Origin: a virus
Virus record (IMG/VR): IMGVR_UViG_3300042868_011225
Location: 32,001-96,000 of that record
Length of the DNA: 64,000 nucleotides
Strand: one strand, 5' to 3'
Shown: piece by piece, positions 22,017 to 32,770 of the stretch
Layout of the letters: each line of letters begins with the position of its first letter
Numbering within the stretch: the first letter of the stretch is position 1
Position numbers and translations under genes: made by a program
The notes under the pieces: generated by a model
The model's input: only the letters and a program-made list of their open reading frames with translations
The model's database searches: none
Told to the model about the DNA's origin: nothing

Positions 22017-22890
22017 TAGATACCAAATAAATTTAAGTTCAATAAGTAGTGCCGCAACAGCGACTACTATAAACATACCTGTTAGTTTAGAAAGCCAAGA
22101 AATTGGTCAATCTGAACTAATTGACAAAATATTTGTTGACGTACAAGTTGAAAACGCAATCAATCCAATTTCTGATTATGATAAGGTTAGATTTTTACCT
22201 TTGGGTACCAATAATAAACCTATTGTAACAATTTCATATAATTTAGATTTAACTGGGTCAACAGATTACAAAGCTATTGGTTTTGCTGATAATGATATAA
22301 AATATCTAAAAAGTTGTTTTAAAGAAAGCTTTGTTTATATGGCATTTTTTGATTCACCTAATCCAATGACACAAAGACTTATTAGTTATCAAACAATTTA
22401 TTCTAAATTAAATGATAATGATTTATTAGGTATTGAAAGTCAACAAATACAAATATATGGTTCAGTTATTGGTATACCTGGCCAACCAGTGCCAGCAAAT
22501 GAAGTAAATTTACATTTTATTGTTAAAAATCCAATCCTAAAACCTTTAGGGTTTTCAGAAGGATATTATCTGTATGATTACAGAGATGAATTAAAAATTG
22601 GTGAATCTAAGTATTTATATATGAGAGCTAGCTTCAAAAATGCTAAAACTGGTAAATCAACAAATTTAATGGTTGCCAACCCAGCATCACCTTTACAAAT
22701 AGATAAAGTGGTTAATGAGTTATACACTAGATATATATTAACAAGAGATATTACAGGTTATTACTATAGAATAGATGAAACATACCATGGGAATTTAACT
22801 CCTTCTGGCAGTGTTGATACTAGTCCAAATAACGTATCACATGCTAGTAATGATGTGATTATAAATCTATATCAAATACAAGCACAATAA
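22006..22890 (+). CDS. Putative structural protein
   Basis: 294 aa, overlapping neighbours in the tail operon. Confidence 0.6.
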   Translation: MFVNRYQINLSSISSAATATTINIPVSLESQEIGQSELIDKIFVDVQVENAINPISDYDKVRFLPLGTNNKPIVTISYNLDLTGSTDYKAIGFADNDIKYLKSCFKESFVYMAFFDSPNPMTQRLISYQTIYSKLNDNDLLGIESQQIQIYGSVIGIPGQPVPANEVNLHFIVKNPILKPLGFSEGYYLYDYRDELKIGESKYLYMRASFKNAKTGKSTNLMVANPASPLQIDKVVNELYTRYILTRDITGYYYRIDETYHGNLTPSGSVDTSPNNVSHASNDVIINLYQIQAQ

Positions 22891-23801
22891 TGGAATTAGT
22901 TAGAAAAACGATATTACTAGAAGATAGTACAGATAGAAGAGCTGTTGATTCAAATGGTAACCCTAATAAACAGTGGGGTAGAATGACAGCGACTACTTTT
23001 TACATAAATATTATGTTAACACAATCTATGGATAACATGGGTATTTTTGCAGATATGGAATTTTCAGCAAAAACTCAAAGTAGTTCAGTCCCTGATTATA
23101 CAATTTTAAAACAAAAATTACTACCATTAAATGCAAGTTTTAATTTTATAAATGGTGATATAGTTACACTCAATCCGCTTAATCTAACAAGTAGGGAAAT
23201 TGCAACATTAAGATTACCAAATAAAGGTGTAAGTCTTTATTATAATTATCCAGCCATTAACTCTTTAAATTTTAAAATTACGGGTTATACTGATAGTAAA
23301 ATAGAAGACTTAAGGTCATATAAGGCTAGCAATCCTTTTCAAGTTGGTTTTGATATGGAAAGAGTTGAGTATTATAATTATGCCAACGCACTTGTTAAAG
23401 GTGTTAGCAGAATTCATTCAATGGCTGAACCTAGAATTTATGTATTTGATACACCTACTGGTGCAACCCTAGGTCAATCATCACAAATTAATGGATTGCA
23501 ATATATTGAGTATACAGGTAAAACTAGACAAGTAACATTAAATGGTTTAACAAGTGGAATTCCACTTACTCAATTTAGTTATGTTTGTGAAGGTATAAAT
23601 ATGAGAAATACTTCATTATCGGCAATAACAAAAGAAGAATATTTATTTGGTGTAATTTTTCAACCAGAAGTTAAAAGTGAAGTATTTATAGAAAGAGGTA
23701 TAACTTCAGTTATGGACAAACATTTAAGGTTATCAGAAATAACAAATTTAAATGAATTTGCACGTTATGGTAATGGGTTATATACATTAAATAAACAATA
23801 A
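22890..23801 (+). CDS. Putative structural protein
   Basis: 303 aa, TAATG coupling. Confidence 0.6.
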   Translation: MELVRKTILLEDSTDRRAVDSNGNPNKQWGRMTATTFYINIMLTQSMDNMGIFADMEFSAKTQSSSVPDYTILKQKLLPLNASFNFINGDIVTLNPLNLTSREIATLRLPNKGVSLYYNYPAINSLNFKITGYTDSKIEDLRSYKASNPFQVGFDMERVEYYNYANALVKGVSRIHSMAEPRIYVFDTPTGATLGQSSQINGLQYIEYTGKTRQVTLNGLTSGIPLTQFSYVCEGINMRNTSLSAITKEEYLFGVIFQPEVKSEVFIERGITSVMDKHLRLSEITNLNEFARYGNGLYTLNKQ

Positions 23802-23824
23802 AAAAAAATTAATAAAAGAATAAA

Positions 23825-24751
23825 ATGGCAAATGGAACATACGGTATAGTAAGACCAGCAGATATAACACCAGAAGATGTAGAAATATTTTATCATTTTA
23901 CTGCGTCTAGAGATAGTATTGGTAATGTAACGTTACAAAAATTATCACCAAGTAGTGATTATTTAATTAAAATTGATAACCCAAATAAAGTTCAATCACA
24001 AGTATCTGGTTTTGAAATTTTTGGTGGTATGTATACACTTAAACTACCTACAGATACATTTAATACCAAAGGTTTTTATACTATTATTATTAAACCAGTT
24101 GAAATTCGTACTAGGATTGTAGATGTAGGTGTGTTATCCGCATATCCAGACACCAAAGGTATTATATTTGACATTTCTAGTGTACCAACACAATTTACCA
24201 ATAGATTTGAAAATAATGGTTTGGTAGGTTATAGAATTGAATATATAAACAGCAATACATCAACAGCTGATGCGAAGATAAGTAATTTTTATAGAGTAAT
24301 TACGTCTAATAACAGAGCAGAACCAGTTAATCAAAACTTAACTAACACGAGTCAAAAAGCCATACGTTATAGATTCAATGATAACTCTACACTTACATAT
24401 TGTACTGTAACACCAAGTTCAGCAGCAAGTATCAACCCAAATGTATTTCCATTTATTGGACAACCAAATCAACAAGTCATTATTACCAATACATTTTTCA
24501 ATCCTTTGATGATTGAAGTTGAAATGGTACAACATGATATTGAGACACTTGCATTTGCTATGTTTGGAAATCAATCAAAATCACTTGATGATGGAATTTA
24601 TACTATTTATAATTTTAATAATGATATTTATAAACAATACAACTTATACGAAATTAAAGACGTATATACTGGTACTCCGTTATTTGAAGTACGAGAAGAA
24701 AGAAAAAGTGTTGATTTTGATAAAGCATTTGATAAAGTAACAAAAATATAA
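23825..24751 (+). CDS. Putative structural protein
   Basis: 308 aa, beta-rich, in tail operon. Confidence 0.6.
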   Translation: MANGTYGIVRPADITPEDVEIFYHFTASRDSIGNVTLQKLSPSSDYLIKIDNPNKVQSQVSGFEIFGGMYTLKLPTDTFNTKGFYTIIIKPVEIRTRIVDVGVLSAYPDTKGIIFDISSVPTQFTNRFENNGLVGYRIEYINSNTSTADAKISNFYRVITSNNRAEPVNQNLTNTSQKAIRYRFNDNSTLTYCTVTPSSAASINPNVFPFIGQPNQQVIITNTFFNPLMIEVEMVQHDIETLAFAMFGNQSKSLDDGIYTIYNFNNDIYKQYNLYEIKDVYTGTPLFEVREERKSVDFDKAFDKVTKI

Positions 24752-24760
24752 TTATAAATA

Positions 24761-27457
24761 ATGAGTGATAACCCTAGAGTTAGAGTAATACCTGGTTATG
24801 CAAAAAGAGAGCTTTTTGGTAATGGTATCGAATATAGAAATTTTAGTCCTGACCTAGTTGGTTTACAAATAGCCAGCGAAGGTGGTACTCCATTGTTTAC
24901 AATGGGTAATTTCAATATTACCACAAATATGGACCCAAAAAGTGATAAATTTTTTATCACAAAGAAATTTTCTAATTTTATATCTTTAACTGATTTAGAT
25001 TTAACTCTTGCTGATGCAAATAAGTTACTTACAGATAATGCAGGTGTTCTTCTTAACTTAGATAAAACTAACCTAAAATATAATGCTCAATTTGGTTCTT
25101 TAAGTGAATTTATTAGGATTTCATTAGAAAACATAATAACAAATTGGCCAGCATCTTTATATGTTACAAATTTTGCTTTAGATGCTACCAATAATTCAAT
25201 AATTGGTAACACTTACGATAGTTACAAATACGATAATTTTAGTGATACCGCTTTTTTTAGAGTTAATACAACCTTCATCGTCAATAGATATCAATTAAAT
25301 ATACTTAAAAATGGTAGTATATTAGATACTTTTAATGCTGGTAATAATCTAAGAAATGTAACAGCTAATTATGCAGCTTATGCTGTTTTAATAAACAATA
25401 CCGAGTATTCAGTATTGAATTTTACTGGTGCAACATATTCTACAAATGATTATGTATATTTTAGTGTTAAAGGTGACCCATTTTCAGGTATTTCAACATC
25501 TAATATTTCATATCATATAAAACCCAATAAAATTAAAGAAGAAACATTTTTTAATGAACTACCAGATTTTGAAGCTAATTTATTAAATAGGTTAGTAATG
25601 CCTAAATATACTTCAAAATTTAATTATTCAATTAAATCTGATGGTGGTGTTGTTGTATATGCTTCTGATTCGGTAACTTGGCCAACTAGTGATGGTTATA
25701 ATATTGATTTTGATACCAGCAGTTATGTTGATTATGCAACACAATTATTAAATATAGCAACAAATAACGATTTATCTACTAGTGATTTAATGAATAGAGT
25801 TTTGGTATCTGATTCGATATCATCATTTGATACTGCTCCAATGAATTTATATGATTTGGACCAAGATTCAACTGGGCAAAAAGTAACTAAAACATTAAGA
25901 ATATATGGTAGAAATTTTGATGAAATAAATAATTTTATTGAAGGAATTTCATTTGCAAATACAGTTTCTTATAATAAATTAAATAATATCCCAGATATTT
26001 ACGTTAAAAACTTAGCTAGAGTTCTAGGATGGGAATTAATGACATCAGTGGTTGAAAATGGTTTATTGGCTAGTTATGTTAAAACTGCTAAATCTACATA
26101 TGAAGGGCAATCAGTTGGTTTAACACCAGTTGAAGCTGATATTGAATTATGGAGAAGACTTATATTAAATTCACCATGGTTATGGAAATCAAAAGGTGCC
26201 CGTAAATCAATAGAATTTTTACTTAAATTCATTGGTGCACCAGGAGGTTTAGTTACATTTAATGAATATATCTATAAAGCAGAAGCACCAATAGATATTG
26301 ATTTATTTAAAATTGCTTTGGATTTAAATGGTTTAGATAACACAGATTTATCAATATATCCTATTGATGGAGATGGTTATCCTTACCCGTTGGCTGATAC
26401 TGGTTCTCTTTATTATCAAAACTACGGTCTTTGGTTTAGAGAAACAGGTGGTGCTAATTCAACACAGGATATCCTTACAGGTAATAATCCTCACTTAGGG
26501 CCATATGACGGTGGGTTTGCATATATTAATCAATTTAAAGGGTTAATACCTAATTTTTCTGCAGTTACACTTACTGCAGAAACAATAACAACTGGTACAA
26601 CTGCTTTATTTACAAATTATGACATTGGTACTATTACTAATTATACTGGACCATTATATGTTGATACAATGAATGATGATGGTACTGATATTGGTAACTG
26701 TCTTATTGTAACAAGCACAATTATACCAGACCCAATGCCACAACCATTAGTATCTGATTGTGGGTGCAGCAATCCTGACGATGATGATGCGTTAAGTATA
26801 TGCGTCAAAATTATAGCTGGGGAAGAAACTGCAAATTGTGAAAATGTGGCTGGAATAAAAGAAAGTCCCTTGGGTTATAATTATTTTATATATTATAGTT
26901 ATAATACAGAAGGTGATTTTATATATGATGGTGACGGTAATCCATCGACATATCAAAGTATTTATGCAACTAAAGAATGTTGTAAAGCAAAAGGTGGGAT
27001 ACCAACTATTTATAGTACAATGAATGACGATGGTAAACTATCAAATACTGGTTATGTGTGTTGTCGTGTAGGTGACATAAAAGGAAGTGTATGTGGTTGT
27101 AATGTAGCGTGTAAATGGAAGTTAGTATTTGACCCAATAATATTAAGTGGTGTTAAATATTTAGAGTTTATAAAACCTGATGGTAGTCTAGGTATTACCA
27201 CTCCAGATGGGTCACATTGTCCAGGTGTACCATCAGTAGCGTTCTTAACTGAATTAGCACCTAATATAACAGACCCGTATACTGGTGAAGTAGGGGTTGC
27301 ATGTAGATTAACCCAAGATGGTTTACAAGATTTAGCACAAGGTAATTTTGGTACCATGGCTATATGGATTAAACAAAAAATAGAAGGTAAAGTTAAGTGT
27401 TGCGATGTTGATATGGAAACATATTTGAAATATGCTGAAGCAATAGGTCTTAAATAA
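24761..27457 (+). CDS. Putative baseplate wedge (gp7/tail protein I-like) with Cys-rich C-terminus
   Basis: LARVLGW..WRRLILNSPWLWKSKGARKSIEFLL resembles the P2 gpI/T4 gp7 KGT motif; CC/CxC-rich tail. Confidence 0.6.
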   Translation: MSDNPRVRVIPGYAKRELFGNGIEYRNFSPDLVGLQIASEGGTPLFTMGNFNITTNMDPKSDKFFITKKFSNFISLTDLDLTLADANKLLTDNAGVLLNLDKTNLKYNAQFGSLSEFIRISLENIITNWPASLYVTNFALDATNNSIIGNTYDSYKYDNFSDTAFFRVNTTFIVNRYQLNILKNGSILDTFNAGNNLRNVTANYAAYAVLINNTEYSVLNFTGATYSTNDYVYFSVKGDPFSGISTSNISYHIKPNKIKEETFFNELPDFEANLLNRLVMPKYTSKFNYSIKSDGGVVVYASDSVTWPTSDGYNIDFDTSSYVDYATQLLNIATNNDLSTSDLMNRVLVSDSISSFDTAPMNLYDLDQDSTGQKVTKTLRIYGRNFDEINNFIEGISFANTVSYNKLNNIPDIYVKNLARVLGWELMTSVVENGLLASYVKTAKSTYEGQSVGLTPVEADIELWRRLILNSPWLWKSKGARKSIEFLLKFIGAPGGLVTFNEYIYKAEAPIDIDLFKIALDLNGLDNTDLSIYPIDGDGYPYPLADTGSLYYQNYGLWFRETGGANSTQDILTGNNPHLGPYDGGFAYINQFKGLIPNFSAVTLTAETITTGTTALFTNYDIGTITNYTGPLYVDTMNDDGTDIGNCLIVTSTIIPDPMPQPLVSDCGCSNPDDDDALSICVKIIAGEETANCENVAGIKESPLGYNYFIYYSYNTEGDFIYDGDGNPSTYQSIYATKECCKAKGGIPTIYSTMNDDGKLSNTGYVCCRVGDIKGSVCGCNVACKWKLVFDPIILSGVKYLEFIKPDGSLGITTPDGSHCPGVPSVAFLTELAPNITDPYTGEVGVACRLTQDGLQDLAQGNFGTMAIWIKQKIEGKVKCCDVDMETYLKYAEAIGLK

Positions 27458-27486
27458 AAAAGATAAAATAAAAATAAATATAAATA

Positions 27487-30400
27487 ATGGCGGATATAAA
27501 AGCGGTAGCAGACATAAGAATAGCTAAATGTCTTACTAAAGATGAAATAGCAAAAACCACTGATGGAAAGGGTTTAGTATTAAATTCTGATGGAACAGTC
27601 AGTGTGTACTATAATAACCCTGACTTGGGGTTATATCCTGTGCAACTAACTCTTGAATGCTGTAAACTATTAGACCCTACTTATACTTTTGATATAAACA
27701 CTCAAACATGTAGATGGGGAAAACCAAAAAATACATGTGGTTTTAGTGAACCTATTAATCTTATTATTAACCCTAAAGAAAATGATGGGACATTATTTTT
27801 TATTGATGATTTCCAAAAAGAAAAATGTGATTTAAAAATTAGTTTTGATTACTTATTAAAAATTAAATGTGAAGATTTATTAAATATTGCTAACCCAACA
27901 GTAGTGACCTATCTTAGAGAAGAAACTAAAACAACTATAGTTAAAACACAAATGGAGATTGAATCTATCAATGCAGATATAGAAACACTTACCAGTGAGA
28001 TTGTTAAACTTAATGAAGAATATTTAGGTACACCATATTCCTTGGAATGTGCTCAATTTCCTGTGGTAATAACAACACCTGACCCAGTAAATTGTCAAGT
28101 ATCAGCATGGAGTCCATTTTCTACATGTGTAAATGGTTTCCAAACACAAACTAGAACAATAATAACACAACCTGCTAATGGTGGTACACCATGTCCAGTA
28201 CTAACTCAAACACAATCATGTACAGTTGTTGAAACAACTTGTGTACGACCAACTACAACACGAATAAATATTTATACAACAATAAATGGTGTTAATATAA
28301 CTAATAGTGCTACATTAGCATGTGCAGCAGCAGCAGGAAATATATCCTCTAATTCTGGACAATCAGTAGAGGTAACTAATCTTGTGGATGGTGGGTATAT
28401 GTATGCGATTAATGGAACTAATGATTGTACGTTTTTTTCTAATGGTTTTTATGTTGTGTTTATAGGAGCTACACGAAAAGCAATTCAAATAACAAATGGT
28501 GTAATTACTATACTTAATTGTACGATAGATACATCAAGAACAACTACAACAACCAAAGCTGCAGCTTTTGATAAATCTGGTTTTAGTGAAATGGCAACTG
28601 ACCTTACAGCGAATTTAGATGTTTATCAAAAAGGTTCAACAACAACATACATATATGTTAATTACTGTTTAACTGACTTGGGTTTACAAGTTTGGGAAGG
28701 TATATTAAATGCTAGTGGTGGAAGCTACCAAGGTTTTATACTAGGTAATCCTAATTCATATACATGTGCTGACGTTATTGCTTTAGCAAATCAAAAAAAT
28801 GCTGCTGACTTATTTAGAGATTGTAAAGTCCCTTTTGGAACCAAATCAGAAATATTGGTTCAAATAAATGAATTAATGTCGCAGTTAAATACATTGCAAA
28901 CACAATTAACTACATTAAATGGTGAACTTGTTATATTGAGAGAAACTTTTGAAATACAATCAACTTCAACAAAAGGTTGTACATCAATGATTGATGCTTT
29001 AGAATCACTAGATGTAGAAATGCATTTAGATATTGTAAATGCCGATAATTCACTTACTAGTGTATTTTCAGCAGCAACATTCCAAGCAATTGATTCAACA
29101 ACCAATTTATATGATTATTTAATAAATAATCCTAACAGTGGTTTTTATATTTGTGGTGACCCTTCAAAAGATAATGTTGGTCTATCTAATTGTACTACTC
29201 TATCTTTAGATGAGGATGTTGAACCAAATGTTGATAGTTGTAATTCAATAGTTGAAGATTTGATTGATGCTTTAAGTTCAGTACCTGGTGCGGATATAAA
29301 TAATATTCCGTATAATGCTTTTGCTTCTCAATGGTTAACTTATTCAACAGTTATTAGCGACCCAAAAATAATAGGTTTAATAACGAATAAAAAAATAAAA
29401 ATTAGTTTTAAGATTAATTTTTCATGTGTTGATTTTTGTCTATTATTAGATAATTTAGTATTGGATAAATCATGTAGAAGTGTTGACAGAAACGACATAA
29501 CAATATCACAAAATCCAGGATTTGATTTACAAAGAGTAATCGATAATAAAAAATCATGGATAGACAACACATCACCAACCAACAGAGAGTTCCTTATTTC
29601 AAAAAGCAACGGAAACAATCCTATTAGACAAACTGATTATGATGTAAATGATGAAAGACTTGTAATCAACTCAAAAGAAATTGATTTGGACATATGTGTT
29701 GCTTCAGCTATAGAAACTGACGTATGGTGTTATTTAAATGACAATCCATGTGCTTTGACAGATGAATGTACTAGTACAATAGCTAGCACAGACAATAATC
29801 CATATATAGATGGGCAAACAATAGTATTCTCAGGAACACCTATAACAATAGCTGATTGTACTGATTATAATGGTATATTAGCAAATACAATGGCTGAGTT
29901 TATTCAAACGACTGAGTGTGGTACTATTTTACGTTTTAAATTTAAAACAACAGCAGGATTCCCACCAGCTTTAATTGTTTATTATTATTGGTTAGTGCAA
30001 CAACCTAATGGTGATGTAGAATTTTATTTTCAAAATTCTACAACATTTACCAACCTATCTAACGTATATCAAAATGGTAGAGAGTGTTGTGAGTATTTAA
30101 ATATAGACTTAAAAACCTATAATAAAGCTGCTAGCCAACCTGATGACTTTGAAGTTTATTGGGATGAGGATTGTCAAAGATGTAAAGTTCAAAAAGCTAA
30201 ATGTGGGGATGTTAATTTAAATTTACATACACTTGTTACAGAACCTATTTCAGGTGTTACAACAGTTGAACAATTTGAAAATCTTATGACTGGTCAATTT
30301 ATTGATGCTAAAAACAGACAAACAATATCATCATATCCAACACTTAGAGCAATTTATGAAAGATATTTAAATAGTTCAGAGCATTGTAGTACAGTTAGTT

Positions 30401-32769
30401 CAGCATTTGATTATCAAAATATGGATAGATTTTCTAATCTAATTGGAAACTATTGGATTGATTTGATTGAACAAGTAGTTCCATCAACAACTATTTGGGG
30501 TAGTGTTAAAATATATACAAACACAATATTTGATGAGCAAAAATTCAAATATAAATCATACAGTACTTTATTATGTAACAACCCATTTATTGGTGAACAC
30601 GTATTGAGTCCAATCAATGGAGTTAATGGTTTATCTCAAGGGGTTAATGTTATATCTACGGATTTAAGGGGTAGTAAAAAAGATACCCCTGATTGGTATA
30701 CGTCTAATTCTGCTGGTGAACTAGTATTGTTACCAGCATCAGAACGACCTACACAAGCAATACCAAGCGGTATTGTTTTAGATGAAATTAGACCTAGACC
30801 AAGAATTAAGAATCCTGTAAAAGTATGTAATAATATGTATATTGCACAAATGAATTCTGGTTCAGAATTTATAAGTTATTTTAATATACCACAACCAATA
30901 ATTGTAGACCCTGAAGAGCCAGTACCATGTGTTTATTGTACTGATAAAAATATTGATTTATTAAGTCAACAGCGTAATTTAGGTTACATGGTTAATAGTT
31001 CAAACAATACTAAGGTATATGTTATTGATTTTGGTGGTGAGGTTTTAGTTATTGACACATTAACAAATACTATTACTAATACAATAACAGGACTTGGATA
31101 TGGTACTCCTTATATGGTGTGTCACCCAACAAATAATAAATTATACGTTATTAATAACAATAATGGTACGGTTATAGTAATTAATACCCTTACTAACACA
31201 GTAATAGGTTCACCTATTACTGTAGGAAGTTATCCTAGGACAGGTATGTATGTAACATATAATAATTACATTTACGTTACAAATTCACAGGACGATAATG
31301 TTAGTGTTATTAACACAGCAACTGATTCAGTAATTGCAACAATTCCTGTAGGTATTGGTCCAGATAAAATGGTTTATAATTCTGATTTAAGGTTATTATA
31401 TGTTATAAATACAGGAGGTGACGGGGTTAATGAAACAATAACTGTTATTGATGTAGTAACTAATTTAGTTATTACAACAATATTAACAGGAGGCGTAGGG
31501 TTTATGAATACTTTATCGGCTATTTATGTAGCATACAATCAACATTTGTATGTTTATAATAAACTTGAAGGTAGAATATTTGTAATTGATACAACTACTA
31601 ATAATATTATTAACACAATAAATGTTGCTGATATTACCTCAGATGAATTTATTTATAACCCATCAAATAAAAATTTATATTTAACTGGTGGAGATGATTT
31701 GTATGTTATCAATACAGTAAATGATACAATATTAACTACACTAAATGTAGGTGGTTCGGGTGGTGTTTATGCACCATCAAACAATAATGTTTATATTGGT
31801 TATGGAGAATTAACGAGAGTAGATAATTCAAATACAATTATTGAGGTTAAAACTTTATATCCTAAAGCTGTATATGGTATATTTAACCCTAGTAACGAAT
31901 CAATTTATGTTTCTGGTCAATTTGGTATCAACATAATTTGTGTTGGTGATAAACCTACATCACAAACAAATATAACAGAGTGTACTTTAGAGGTTGCAAT
32001 TATTAATAACGGTGATAATAACGGTCAGATACTTTTAGTTGCACAAACAGTTGGTGGAACTTTACCATTCACATATACGTGGAGTAATGGAGCAACAACA
32101 AGAGAAATATTAGTAAATGACCCAAAAGATTATAGTGTCGTAGTAACTGATGCAAATTGTTGTGGAGCATCTGCTATATATAGGGATTTACAACCTAAAA
32201 AAGCGTGTTGGTATACAATGCCAGAAAATGGTGTACAACTTATGGTAACATATATGTGCCAAATACTTCCTAGTGACGAGAATACACAAATCCGAATTGA
32301 TAGTTTAAGAGTAAATGATAGTGATGATTACATAGGAAGTGATGCACCATATATATCTTTAAATGCTGAAAATTTAGTGTGGATAGATGCAAACACAACG
32401 AATTATTTAGGATGTGACTCTGCTAGACCTGCTAAAACATATACTAATTTTGTTACATTCTTAAATGCACTTTTCCTTCAGTATGGTCTAACAGGTTATA
32501 AAGCTCAAAATTCATTGATAGATAAACCATATGGTGACCTATTAATATCAAATAATGCAAGTTGTGGTATGTATATAATAAGCCCAATTAATGATACGTT
32601 TAGCATTAAAATAACAACAAAAAGTGCCGCACAAGGTCAAACAACCATGACATATACTCATGATACTGTATATGATGAAAATGATAACCCATGGATGTAT
32701 GGTCTGTATAAAAATATTATATGTGACGGAATAAATTACAATGCGGCAACAAATAGCGTTATTGAATAA
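27487..32769 (+). CDS. Giant Cys-rich tail/receptor-binding protein: coiled coils, TSP1-like module, YVTN beta-propeller, SprB-like repeat
   Basis: CQVSAWSPFSTC..QTRTIITQPANGGTPCP (28084-28221); IYVTN..VSVINTATDSVIATIPVG repeats (~30980-31940); GGTLPFTYTWSNG..VVTDANC. Confidence 0.7.
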   Translation: MADIKAVADIRIAKCLTKDEIAKTTDGKGLVLNSDGTVSVYYNNPDLGLYPVQLTLECCKLLDPTYTFDINTQTCRWGKPKNTCGFSEPINLIINPKENDGTLFFIDDFQKEKCDLKISFDYLLKIKCEDLLNIANPTVVTYLREETKTTIVKTQMEIESINADIETLTSEIVKLNEEYLGTPYSLECAQFPVVITTPDPVNCQVSAWSPFSTCVNGFQTQTRTIITQPANGGTPCPVLTQTQSCTVVETTCVRPTTTRINIYTTINGVNITNSATLACAAAAGNISSNSGQSVEVTNLVDGGYMYAINGTNDCTFFSNGFYVVFIGATRKAIQITNGVITILNCTIDTSRTTTTTKAAAFDKSGFSEMATDLTANLDVYQKGSTTTYIYVNYCLTDLGLQVWEGILNASGGSYQGFILGNPNSYTCADVIALANQKNAADLFRDCKVPFGTKSEILVQINELMSQLNTLQTQLTTLNGELVILRETFEIQSTSTKGCTSMIDALESLDVEMHLDIVNADNSLTSVFSAATFQAIDSTTNLYDYLINNPNSGFYICGDPSKDNVGLSNCTTLSLDEDVEPNVDSCNSIVEDLIDALSSVPGADINNIPYNAFASQWLTYSTVISDPKIIGLITNKKIKISFKINFSCVDFCLLLDNLVLDKSCRSVDRNDITISQNPGFDLQRVIDNKKSWIDNTSPTNREFLISKSNGNNPIRQTDYDVNDERLVINSKEIDLDICVASAIETDVWCYLNDNPCALTDECTSTIASTDNNPYIDGQTIVFSGTPITIADCTDYNGILANTMAEFIQTTECGTILRFKFKTTAGFPPALIVYYYWLVQQPNGDVEFYFQNSTTFTNLSNVYQNGRECCEYLNIDLKTYNKAASQPDDFEVYWDEDCQRCKVQKAKCGDVNLNLHTLVTEPISGVTTVEQFENLMTGQFIDAKNRQTISSYPTLRAIYERYLNSSEHCSTVSSAFDYQNMDRFSNLIGNYWIDLIEQVVPSTTIWGSVKIYTNTIFDEQKFKYKSYSTLLCNNPFIGEHVLSPINGVNGLSQGVNVISTDLRGSKKDTPDWYTSNSAGELVLLPASERPTQAIPSGIVLDEIRPRPRIKNPVKVCNNMYIAQMNSGSEFISYFNIPQPIIVDPEEPVPCVYCTDKNIDLLSQQRNLGYMVNSSNNTKVYVIDFGGEVLVIDTLTNTITNTITGLGYGTPYMVCHPTNNKLYVINNNNGTVIVINTLTNTVIGSPITVGSYPRTGMYVTYNNYIYVTNSQDDNVSVINTATDSVIATIPVGIGPDKMVYNSDLRLLYVINTGGDGVNETITVIDVVTNLVITTILTGGVGFMNTLSAIYVAYNQHLYVYNKLEGRIFVIDTTTNNIINTINVADITSDEFIYNPSNKNLYLTGGDDLYVINTVNDTILTTLNVGGSGGVYAPSNNNVYIGYGELTRVDNSNTIIEVKTLYPKAVYGIFNPSNESIYVSGQFGINIICVGDKPTSQTNITECTLEVAIINNGDNNGQILLVAQTVGGTLPFTYTWSNGATTREILVNDPKDYSVVVTDANCCGASAIYRDLQPKKACWYTMPENGVQLMVTYMCQILPSDENTQIRIDSLRVNDSDDYIGSDAPYISLNAENLVWIDANTTNYLGCDSARPAKTYTNFVTFLNALFLQYGLTGYKAQNSLIDKPYGDLLISNNASCGMYIISPINDTFSIKITTKSAAQGQTTMTYTHDTVYDENDNPWMYGLYKNIICDGINYNAATNSVIE

Positions 32770-32770
32770 T

